Source: Perkinsela sp. CCAP 1560/9
Taxonomy: Eukaryota; Protista; Euglenozoa: Kinetoplastea
Length of the DNA stretch: 22,399 nucleotides
Assembly: GCA_965644495.1 (NCBI GenBank)
Contig: CBFFSA010000080.1
Span: 1-22,399, forward strand
Direction: 5' to 3'
Shown here: one piece after another, positions 1 to 10,300 of the stretch
How positions within the stretch are numbered: position 1 is the stretch's first letter
Layout: the number at the start of each line of letters is the position of its first letter
Made by a program: the position numbers and the translations under genes
Notes under the pieces: model-generated
Database searches by the model: none
Seen by the model: only the letters and a program-made list of their open reading frames with translations
What the model was told of the DNA's origin: nothing

Positions 1-104
1 GGTAAAGGTTGTTGTTGAACAGAACTCGAAGGTGTGGAGGCAGCAGTGGTGGAAAACCAACGCCCACACAAAAGACCACCCCGTCGACTCAATCCAGAAA
101 ACAT
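1..104 (-). CDS. 5' end of a gene for a probable mitochondrion-targeted protein (runs off the window edge)
   Basis: ATG at 104-102 opens a frame reading MFSGLSRRGGLLCGRWFSTTAASTPSSSVQQQPL with no stop to position 1. It is Arg/Ser/Leu-rich, has no acidic residues, and contains an R-x-F|S cleavage-like motif (RWFSTT), typical of mitochondrial presequences. It is absent from the ORF track. The product cannot be identified. Confidence 0.65.
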   Translation of the reverse strand, partial: MFSGLSRRGGLLCGRWFSTTAASTPSSSVQQQPL

Positions 105-240
105 TACAAAAACAAAGCAGAAAAAAACCAGCCTCAAATTCACACCTCCATTAACCAAAAAAGGGGAAAAATGGTTTGGTAATTTATCGTCGCGACGACA
201 CTCGAGAATGAACGAGTTCTTCTTTCTGTCCTGAGATGAT

Positions 241-956
241 TCAACAACATCCAGATAAAGCTTCTTTGTCAAAATTGGTGGTTGGGACACCTTTCTTAAT
301 TTTTTCAGGAGGAGGATCACTTGGAAGGTTTTCAGAAAATTCGAAAATTCAAAACCTTTCAGTTTGTTTCAAGTATTAAAATCTCCCCTTCTTCTCTCCT
401 TCTCCTGTTTTCGTTTCCTCATCGAAAATGTCCGGAAAAGCGCTTCCTACTACCTGAAGTTTAGATATCTTCGAATGAATATAAGCTGTCCTTTTGCTCA
501 GAAGTGATGGGCACTTCGAGATTTCATGCCACTTTCAGAACCTTTAAAAAGGCCAAAACCCATCAAAATCAAAGACACAAACAAAAAAATCAAAAAACTA
601 ATACCAACAAATTGTAGAGGATTCCAAAAGGAACCTTGTCATAAAATTACAGCAACTTCTTGGCAAGAATCGAACACAAAACTGTGGCCACAAAAAACAA
701 GGAATTCAGCAGCGAAGAAAGCGGCAAACGCACACAAAAAAAAAGAACGAAACTTCGACCACAACAATCTGTTTCAAATCAACATCGTTTTTTACTGCTG
801 TGAAAACGGATTTCTGATTCGAAAAAGTAAAGGCGACGGCGCACCACCTCAGCGAAAATGAACCATCAAAATCAAAAAACCAAAAAAGAAGACGCAAAGA
901 AATAGAAAAGAAAATTCGCCTTTGCCACGCCAAAATTATCAAAAAACTTGGGTCAT
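241..956 (-). pseudogene. Possible decayed Rab-like small GTPase remnant
   Basis: Fragments occur in GTPase order but in different frames, with stops: FGVAK, FVFDSCQE, FYDKVPFGILY, KWHEISKCP, LQVVGS, ETKTGEG (417-397), and IFEFSENLP...ALSGCC-stop (stop 243-241). Intron-like T-rich GT..AG tracts lie at 753-682 and 604-542. No intact spliced frame could be built. Confidence 0.25.
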
Positions 957-1084
957 GGCTCACTTCTTCTCCCACCCTCTTTTTTCACACCACAAAACAA
1001 AGAAAACAAGAAAAAAAGAGCTCAATCAATGTTTAAGGTAATATTCGTTTTTTTGATAAAGAAATTGAAAGGGTCGCGCAATGT

Positions 1085-2152
1085 TTAGAACATTCGCGAA
1101 GAACACCCTCTACAATAAGGTCTTCCTTCATGTTGTTGATACCCTCCTCCAGTCAATGCTGAATTACAGAATGAGCAGACAAAGTGCTCAGGATGCCACC
1201 TATTCTCTCTCTCAAAAAAAAAAAAAAAGGGAGAGGGAGAAAGGGGGAAAAAAAAAAAAAAAACATACTTTTTGCCAAGTCCTTCAACAACACGACCAGT
1301 AACCGGCATACCACAACCACCACAAGTCGCACCACTTTGCATATTGTAATGTTGGCGACAATAAGGTCGACCTTCTTTTGCGAAGAAAGTCCCTCCTTCA
1401 AAAGGCATTTGGCAATAGGTACAGACAAAGTGCTCTTTGAAGTTAAAAAAAAAATCATTTAACCAACAAAAAAAAAATCATTTAACCAACAAAAAAAAAA
1501 TCCACTGAAGAAAAGTAAAAGAACCAGCATGCCAATGACGACCGAGTGCATTCACCACATCACCAGCAATTCCTTGATTGCAAGCAGCACAACGATATGA
1601 AAAGTTGGATGAGTAACAATTTTTGCACCAAGGGCGCCCTTCTTTCTCAAAGAACATCCCATCTGGGAAAGGAGCATTGCATCTTGCACAAATGAAATGA
1701 TCGAGATGCCACTTTCAAAAAAATATCAGTAAAAAAAAAAATGAGAAGAATACGACTACTACACAACAACAAAAATAACAAAAAAACTCTAAGTGAAAAA
1801 CCTTCTTTCCCATAGCAGTAATACAACGATCTAACACAGGCTGGTTGCAATGAGCGCAACGAGAGCAGAATAGAGATTGATAGCAAGGATCGCAATAAGG
1901 CTGGGTATCTTGCTCATAGAAAGTTCGAGTTCCAAGGGGTTCCTGAGCGAGATAATTAAAAAAACTTATTGTAATTCAAAGAATCATGTGAGATCTTCTT
2001 TTTCTTGGTCAAAATAAGAAAGGTATCAAAAAAATCGTAAAAAAAAATAAAACAATTACCTGACAGTTTGCGCAAATGAAATGCTCAGGATGAAAAGCCT
2101 TGTTCATTGCTTGAATGACTTCACCCAGAATGGGCTTTTTGCAATAGTTACA
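1085..2152 (-). other. Four tandem LIM domains of the paxillin (split over exons 3-7)
   Basis: Spliced translation: CNYC..FHPEHFICANC..YCDPCY; CAHC..WHLDHFICARC..WCKNCY; CAAC..WHAEHFVCTYC..YCRQHY; CGGC..WHPEHFVCSFC..YCRGCS. All match the LIM double zinc-finger pattern. Confidence 0.95.
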
Positions 2153-4020
2153 AACACCTCTCGAAGCAGGAGCGGAGTCATCAATCTCTGTCATTTGACT
2201 TGAAAGATTTTTAAGCATCAAGTCTAAATCTTCATCTCCACCTCCGCCTCCACCTCCACCAACAGGACCTCCTCTTCTTGGACCAGCACCAGGAGGACCC
2301 CGTTGAGCAGAACCACCCATGGGTGGTTGAGAAGATGTTGGGCGATTGGTTCCAGCTGGTGGTGCGCCAAGTTCATCCAATAGACCATCAAGCTCATCAG
2401 TCGTTGTTGGTGTTCGCTGGCGAGTTTGAGGAGCGGGTTGTTGGGTTCCACCAAGTTCATTCAAGAGACCATCAAGCTCATCAGTTGTTGTTGGTGTTTG
2501 CTGGCGAGTTTGAGAAGCGGGTTGTTGGGTTACAGGTCGTTGGGTAGCGTGTGGTTGGCCTGCGGCGGGTGGTTGACCCTCCAATTCATTCAAGAGAGAA
2601 TCTAAATCATCACCTCCTCCGGCTTGGCTCTTCCGTGGAGGTTGCCGCATCTGAGGTGCCACTTGATTCCCATATTGTGAACGCTGTTGTTGTTGTTTCG
2701 GTGCACCACCACCACCACCTCCGCCAAGTTCATTCAACAAATTATCCAAATCATCACCTCCTCCTCCACCTTGACTTCTTTGTGGAGGAGGAGCTTGTTG
2801 TTGAATCTGAGGTGCTACTGCACGCTGTTGTTGCTGTGGCTGGCTTGGTGCACCTCCTCCACCAAGTTCATTCAACAAATCATCTAAATCATCACCACCT
2901 CCGCCTTGACTTTTTTGTGGAGGAGGGGCTTGTTGAACCTGAGGCGCTGCTGCACGCTGTTGTTGTTGTTGTTGATGCGCTTGGGGTACTGCTTGCCCGT
3001 ACTGTGAACGTTGTTGTTGTTGCCGAGGTGGTGCACCACCCCCACCACTTCCAAGTTCGTTTAAAAGATCATCTAATTCATCTCCTCCACCTTGAGCTTT
3101 TTGTGGAGGGGGAGCTTGTTGTTGAACCTGCTGCTGGCCACCATATTGTGAACGTTGTTGTTGCTGAGGCTGTTGGGGAGGTGGTGCACCTCCTCCACCA
3201 AGTTCATTCAACAAATCATCCAAATCATCACCACCCCCGCCTTGACTTTTTTGTGGAGGAGGGGCTTGTTGTTGAGGTTGACCACCGTATTGTGGTTGTT
3301 GTTGTCGTTGGGGTTGTTGGCCATATTGTGAACGTTGCTGTTGAGGTTGTTGTTGGGGTTGTTGACCATATTGTGAACGTTGTTGTGGTTGCTGCTGTTG
3401 TGGGGGAGCAGGACCTCCAAGTTCACTTAGGAGATCATCGAGATCGTCTGTCTTTGTTGCAGGAGCAGCAGCTGCAGGAGGTCCGCCTCCTAATTCACCG
3501 AGAAGAGCATCTAAATCATCACCGCCTTGACTTGCTTGTGGAGGAGGGGCTTGTTGTTGAGGTTGACCATATTGCGAGCGTTGTTGTTGTTGTGGTTGTT
3601 GGATTGGTTGTTGTGAGTGGTGACTTGCACCACCTCCTCCTCCTCCAAGTTCATTCAACAAATCATCAAGATCATCACCAGCAGAAGGTGGGGGTGGGGG
3701 GGCGGCTCTTGATTGCTGCTTGAAATGTTTAAAAAAAAGAAGAAAAAAAAAGAACTAAGAAAAAAAAAAAACCTGGGGAACAGGTTGGTGGGGTGGAGGT
3801 CCTCCTCCCCCCAAATCAGCCATCAAACTTTCCAATTCAGCCATTTCGTTCTGTGAAATAACCAATAATTATTACAAAAACCCTCTGAAAAAGAAAAAAG
3901 AAATTAAAAAAAAAAAAAAGAAAAAGGGACCCCAACAGGAACTTGATGAACACGAGCAGGGGCAGGGGCAGAAGCAGCTGGAGCCTGCAGTTCATCTAAC
4001 AAAGAATCGAGATCGTCCAT
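1085..4020 (-). CDS. paxB: Paxillin-like LD-motif/LIM-domain adaptor, 7 exons, 811 aa
   Basis: Exons 4020-3931, 3850-3773, 3718-2060, 1942-1802, 1711-1525, 1434-1269 and 1199-1085 join through GT-AG introns into one frame of 2436 nt. The exon 1 donor and the exon 3 NAGNAG acceptor could each shift by a few codons. It begins MDDLDSLLDEL (paxillin LD1-like) and ends in four tandem LIM domains. Confidence 0.93.
1445..1502. repeat. 23-bp tandem duplication (about 2.5 copies) inside paxillin intron 5
   Basis: A10-TCATTTAACCAAC occurs twice exactly (1445-1467, 1468-1490), followed by A10-TC. Confidence 0.9.
2367..2534 (-). repeat. 84-bp (28-codon) tandem duplication encoding LD motifs 11 and 12
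   Basis: Units 2367-2450 and 2451-2534 are nearly identical and encode TQQPA(S/P)QTRQ(Q/R)TPTTTDELDGLL(N/D)ELG. Confidence 0.9.
2570..3690 (-). repeat. Imperfect coding tandem array: LD motif + Gly-run + polyQ/RSQYG + APPPQ(K/R)SQ units
   Basis: Recurrent plus-strand strings ccaagttcattcaacaaat, ccatattgtgaacg and tttgtggaggaggggcttgtt; protein units such as GGGGDDLDDLLNELGGGGAP..QQQQRSQYG..QQAPPPQKSQ. Confidence 0.9.
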
Positions 4021-4378
4021 GAATGGTGGATCGCAAAAAAAAAAAAAAAAAACAAAAAAAGAACAAAAAGAACAAAATATCAAGCAAAAAAGTCTAAAAA
4101 AAGGGATCTAAAAAACCTTTCACCGAAACTCGAGACATAGTGAATGGTGCTGCAGCTGAGTGTTTTTTTTTTGGCCACTTTGTCTCTTGCTTTTGCTGTT
4201 CTTTTGAGTTTGGTTTTAGGTTTGTTTTTCAAAAAGAATCTTTTTTGTTCTTTAATTTTTTCTTATTATTATTTTTTGAAGGTTTTTTTCTTTTTTTCCA
4301 TTTTGTTCTCACACATTACTCAAATTTCTTCATAAAAAGGTTTGGTCCTCTTTTCCCTTTGGTATCGAGTGGAAGTGA
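4021..4378. promoter_or_regulatory. Short divergent intergenic region, probable bidirectional promoter / 5' UTRs
   Basis: Only 358 bp separate the two head-to-head ATGs (4020 minus, 4379 plus). A-tracts lie on the left, T-tracts on the right, with a mixed-sequence core at about 4115-4160. The function is inferred from position only. Confidence 0.55.
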
Positions 4379-7300
4379 ATGAGCTCCCAGACCCCACCGT
4401 TCTGGCGCCAAAGTCCATACTCGGGACTGCTTGGCGACCCGTTTATCGGAGGAACTGATCTTCAAGGTGGTCATATCGCCAATAGTCTCGGTGTTCTCCT
4501 CGGATGTGTTTCTCGAATCTTTTCTTCCACCAAAGGAGCTCGCGGCGGTCCTGAAGGAAAAGGGGAAGAAGAAGAAGGGGATGTTGGCCCATTGGGAGAT
4601 TTGCTCCCTCTTTGGGGGATTGAAGATTTGGAGAGTTTAACTTTACTCCTTCCAATCTTGGAAGATGCAGCAAAAAATGCAGTCGAAGCCGCAAAATGTG
4701 AGTCACCAGAGGATTTATCAAAATTTTTAAAGTCTTTTGTGGAAAGGTTGGAGCGAATCAAAATTGGGGAAACTATTTTTGTTCCTGGAGGTTGGTTAGG
4801 TCTCACCAAAATGGCGTTTGTAATGTTTATTTTAGAAAGAACAAGAGACAAAGAGTTTTCATTCACAATTTGCAATACCGGTGAAGGGCTTGAATATCAC
4901 CCTTCTCGTCTTTTCTCTAGTGAGGAAAAAGTAGATGGTGAAAGTTACTCAATGTAAGGATTTTTTTTTTCCCTCCTCCGCACCAAAACTCAAAAAATTC
5001 AACTAACTAATTTTTTCTCCTCTTTTTCCTTCCCCCTTTTCTCCCCCCCCTCCTTTTCTTTTCATGATGATTCAGAGGATCATCTCGACCACATCTAATG
5101 AAGCTGAAGTACCGTACTTCACTCCGTTTTAAATGTTTGAATGCTGATCGAGTCCTAGATCCCGGATTTTGGATGGTCCTTTTTTGTTTGTGGACCAGAC
5201 AATCTGAATATAATCGTGTTGAGGTGATGTATGATGTCCTTCTTCCTTGGTTAACAGTCCATGGTGGAGTGACTCTCCCTGATCCAATTCATGCCAATTC
5301 AGAAAACAGACTTCTCTTCTCAGAAGCTATCATGGCTTGTAGTGATGACCCTTTTGCTGAATGGCATACTCCGCAGCGCTCAGAAACCAGTGCATATCGA
5401 TCTGTCCACGATGGTCTTCGCTACTATTTGAAATGTCAAGGAATTTCAACTGAAAAAGCCAAACAATTATCATTTGCTTTGCGACAAACTTTCATCACTT
5501 GTGCTGTCGAGGAACTTCTTGCGTTGGCGAATCAAATCCCCTCATCTGAAGCGAAAAATGCTGTTGAGAGAGTCTCCCAGAAAACAAACATCAAAATCCC
5601 CGACCAAGAACCAGGACCTGATATGGGAGGGCAAGGAAGTAGCCTTGAAGGGGTCCTTTCAAAAATTGGTCCTCATTTAGTGAACAAAAGTGGACAACCT
5701 GTTTCTCTTCAGCCACAAGGGAAAATTATTGCTTTATATTTCTCTGGTGTATGGTGTCCTGCCTGTAAAACTTTTACTCCAAGACTTGCGAAAGCTTTCA
5801 AGTTAAGATCTGAAACCCGAGCTGCACAGGGACTCCCAAACGATTTTGAAATAATTTTTGTTAGTTCTGATCGTTCTGAAGCTGAATTTCAAAACTACTT
5901 TACGGCAATGCCTTGGGATATTGCTGTCAATTACAAAAGCAGTGCCCGATCTGAAATTCAGCAAGTGTTGAATGTCGTTGGTTTCCCAACTTTGATGCTT
6001 TATGCGGAGGATGGTTCTTTCATTACCAGTAACGGGACACAACACGTGATTCGAGATGGAAATTTAAAGGGTTTTCCATGGCAAAAAAAGGTTCTTTTTT
6101 TCTTTGTTCTTTCCAAAAAACCTCTTTTTTTTTTTAAAAAAAAATAACTTTTTTTTTTTCGAATTAAGAAACAGGACACTGATGACAAAAAAGAAAAAGA
6201 GGAGAAGAAAGAAGATGAAAACGAGGACCCACCTGTTCAATTCGATATCACAGATAAGGAGTTGATTCGCCTTGGGCTCAAGTCGCTTTCAATTGCTTCT
6301 GTTAAAGAATCGAGAGCCAAGAGATTGAGCCAAAAGGGGTTGTCTTCAATTCAAAATCTTGTGTCATCTGTTGAGAGTTTATTAGTGCAGATGCCCCCCA
6401 ACCAGGATGTATTTCAACGAATTGACTCTCTTGATCCACCTGAAAGCAGTTGCGTTGGAAGCCAATGTACTGCTCTGTCTCTTCTTCCTTTTCGCGGGCT
6501 GGGCCTTCCTCCAGCATTACAACCTGAAATTTCCTGTGCCATGAGCTCTTTTTCAGGGGGAGATTTGCTCAAAAGACGAGATATAGAGCATTATGCTGGA
6601 GAAGCAACCAAACAAGAACCACCACCTTTTTCAAATTTTTTGGATGTTTGTATTTTTTTTCATTTTCTTTTTTTTTTATTTCCAAGGAAAATAATTTTTC
6701 CCCACCTCCATTATTGAATGAAATTTGATAATTCCTTTTTCTTATTTTATTCTAATTTTTAGATCCCCCAACGACGAGTTGATTCTCTCGCACAAGCTAT
6801 CGCAGTTCTAATTAAATGTGATAACATCTGTGACGAACTGATGGAACGTTCTCGAAGTGGTGGAGTGACTTCACGCTTAGCTCTTCAAATGCAAATTATT
6901 GCACTAGTTAACCAAGTGTTCACAATTGTGCTCCCCATTCCCCTCCCACTTGATGCCTCTTTTAGTTCTATACCAGAATCTGGATTTCCAGCTCCGAAGT
7001 GTATTTGGAAGGAGGGTTTTACCAATGTTGAAGAATTTGCAAAACTGATGTCCAAAATTGGGCAAGGTTGGGCAACATTTTTTCTTTTTCTTCTTTTTTT
7101 CTTTTATTATCGAGGAGAACCAAGATTTTCTCCTCCTCGTTCAAGAACACTCAAAAAATTTCCGTTTTTTTCTTTACTAGGTGGTGTTTCGCGAATCCGT
7201 GATGCTCAAAAGGTCTGCCTCCAACGAATTCATAAACTAATGATTACGTACGCGACAGTTTGGCAGGCAATTGAATCTCCTGTTCGATCGTTCGACTCAG

Positions 7301-10300
7301 AAAGAAGCTTGGTTGCTTCTTGTATGTTCACTATTTTTGATGTTTGTGTCAGAACGAGATGTTGTGATGCAGAACCGCTGCTGTTGTCCGAAATTCTTGG
7401 AGAAGATGGGGGTTATGCTTTCTCAACTGGGGTTTGCCAGAATAATCGCGAGTTTTCCGAAGTTGCTGCGACCATGGAACTCTGCCGCCCGGAACTTGCA
7501 GTTGCTCGAGATGGTGTTTTGGCCTATTTGGCATCAGTGAAAAGGCAGTGCACCAATACAATTTTCTATTTGAGACAACCTGCTGACGGCAAGATGGAAT
7601 TCAAGAAATATGGGTCGACTGTGATGTTTTTGAGAAAATTTTTAGAAAGGTGTGGGTTCCCTTTTCTTGATCGAGGCAATCGTGTCTCTGAAATGGAAGC
7701 TCTTATGAATTGGCTTCTCAGCCTCCGGACTCCTCTCTCAAAAGAACACCCTGAATTTTTGATGCTTCGAGATGCTGTATGTTTATTTAAATTTCTTACA
7801 ACAATGGAAACTCGCCAGGCAGAGATCATTCGAAGAAGGGTTTCCCCAGAAGAAGGCAGATTTTGGCGTCTTACTTTTGACGAAGGGGCAAACAGCACGC
7901 GTGCTGGGCATATGGGAATGTTTCGGAGAGGTCATTTTGGTGGTCAATTTGGGTCTGGAGGTTTTCTTGATTGGGAAGTTGCTAATGTTCGAGGAGCCGA
8001 TTTGTCCATTGCCGATGTTCGAGTTGTTGCTTTTGGAGGTCGCGAACTTGCGTTTGGAGAAGGTCCTGTTGTTTATTCTCCAAGTTCTGTCAGTCGTTTA
8101 TTGGCAAAACAAGGACAACCTATTAGTGAGGATGATATCCTTCATTGTGATCGTCTTCCAACTTTTGGTGAAACATTGAGTCGAAGTGAAGCTGAACTTC
8201 TTATGTCTTATCTAACCGTTGACTACATGCGAATTCCGCTTGTAATTGGATTTTTCGCAAACACTGATCGCGTCACTTACTTGTTTGATGAGGGTTTACA
8301 GGAACTTTTAAGGTAAATTCTCTCTCTCCTCTCTCTCTCTCTCCCTCTCTCTCCCTCTCTTTATTTTTGGTGTTTGGATTTTTCTGAAAGAAAATTGACC
8401 TTTCTAATTATTTTTTTCTTTCTTTTAGGTCTGTCCTTTTTGAGCCAGGTCCTTGGGTTGCTGAGGCAAATCGAATCGATCATATCTCATCTATTCCGGT
8501 ACGACAAACAGCTGAACAACGTAGAGTTATGCAAGAAAAGGCACTTCTAGGTGCTGATTTCAAATCGATCATGGACGCTTCTCTGGATCCTGTAGTAACT
8601 TATCTTGGGACTCCGCATGGGTTGCTTCTCAATGAGTTAAACTTTTCTCCAAAAGCGGTCATGGATCCTGTGATGACATTATTAGCTGCAATAGATGACC
8701 TCAAAGAGGCGTCTGTTTATTCTTCAGATGCCTCATTCATTTGCTTCCTTATTTTGTTTGCAATTGATGTAGAATATTATCTCGTTTTTATGATTGACCA
8801 GCTTTGCATGCCAGCGGGTCTTCAAGAGACCGGATTTTCTTGTCGAAAAAATCTTCCCCTTTTGACCCAGTATCGACGAAGATTAGAAGACTTTTTGGGT
8901 GTGATCGTGGCTCCTATTCTCGATCGCTGGGTGAAAGAAGCTGAAAAGAATACTGACATGCCAACTGCGGTGACATGCCGAGCCTACATTGCACTTTTAT
9001 ACTCAAACTCGAGTACTTTTGCAGTTGGGAGTGCTTCCAAATCAAAAGTCGCATCTGAGGATGTGTTAGTTCACTTGTTGGGCAGTATCGCGTATGTTCG
9101 AAACTGGCATGGTTTTGGACTGGGTCAAATGAGATCTCATTTGATTGAACAAGGAGGTCAGGGTTCTGGTGGGGTCAAATTGAATGCAGAAGAGCGACTT
9201 CTTCGTTTTTTGCAAGCCCAAGGAATTGATACCACTCGTATGGCAAAGTCTTCTCTCAATAATTTCTTGTCCTCATCATCTCGCCGACGACCTCTCTTTC
9301 TCCACATCGGAGGGCAAACAATTCGAGCTCCTACGCTTCATCAAAGTTCTGGAGAGGAAGGAGGGACTTTTCACCTTGACATGCTCCCCCCTGCTGATGT
9401 TCCAGAAGAACGTCTATTTCATGTTCTTCAAAAACACAGGAAAACAATCATTGATAACCTTCGAGGACTCCCTGCAGACTCGCGAGAGCGTGTCCTTGAC
9501 CGTGCTGTGAGAATTGCCACTCGAAACAAATCATTCGAATCTGGAGGATGGGATCAAGAATCAGGAGTGACTGGTGTAGGGAGGTATCTGGCTACACGTG
9601 CAAATCTCAAGCTCGATGTTCAGACCGCTGAAATTTTGTGGCGCAATGATGCACTAAAACCAGTGCCTGATAGTATGACTCATTTTGGGGACTTTGAGAC
9701 AATTCTTGGTCGTCAAGCTCTTCACTGCGGTGTTGTTCGCCAACAGAAACATCGTAACTGGGTACATGTTATTGGGACTAACTATGATTTGATTGAGTGG
9801 GATGAACCTGATGTTGACGACCAAGGTGTGGGCATTCCGATGAAACCTGAAGAAGAAAGTCAAGAGATCTTCAATACATGCTTGCTTTGTGGGATGTCTG
9901 GGCAATGTTGGATCTGTGATACTTGTACAGCAATCAATTGTGGAGCTGCATCTTCGAGTTCGTCAACTTGCAATGTTTGTGGAAACAGAAAGAAAGATCC
10001 TGAGAAAGATAAGAAGAAGAAAAAGGCTCAGAAAAAGAAGAAAGAGGAAATGAGTGGTGTTTCTCATGCTCCTCGAAGACTTCATTTTCCTGGAATGAGT
10101 ATTCCCGGTGGTGATGATGGTGATGATGATGATGATGATGATGGAAGTCACCCTTTGTTTGGGATGCCGCAGGCTGCGAGAAGAAGAAGAGGTCAGCAAT
10201 CATCCTCCCAATCTGATCATCCAGAAGGAGGGGGAGGAAAGGAAGAAAAAAAAGAGCCTCTTTTGGAAGCAAATGAGGTGGCTTATCAGGGGATCCTCTT

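Noticed and set aside
2570-3690. Regularly spaced direct repeats resembling a CRISPR-like array
   Set aside because: The repeats are codon-phased LD motifs in a eukaryotic exon, the spacers are themselves repetitive and of variable length, and no cas genes are present.
2551-3723. 390-aa plus-strand ORF rich in V/H/L
   Set aside because: Antisense shadow of the repetitive paxillin exon 3 (CAA/GGT/GAT codons read backwards give GTT/CAC/CAT runs). It has no ATG start and no domain-like content.
3851-3890. Possible 3-nt micro-exon (ttttcag-AGG-gttttt on the minus strand) inside paxillin intron 1
   Set aside because: It would leave a ~31-nt downstream intron, much shorter than the others here (54 nt or more). 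There is no support without transcript data.
4140-4382. Short hydrophobic ORFs (4140..4382, 4144..4335) that look like membrane peptides
   Set aside because: The Phe/Leu richness comes from poly-T tracts of UTR or intron-like DNA. The same artefact explains the Phe-rich tails of many listed ORFs.
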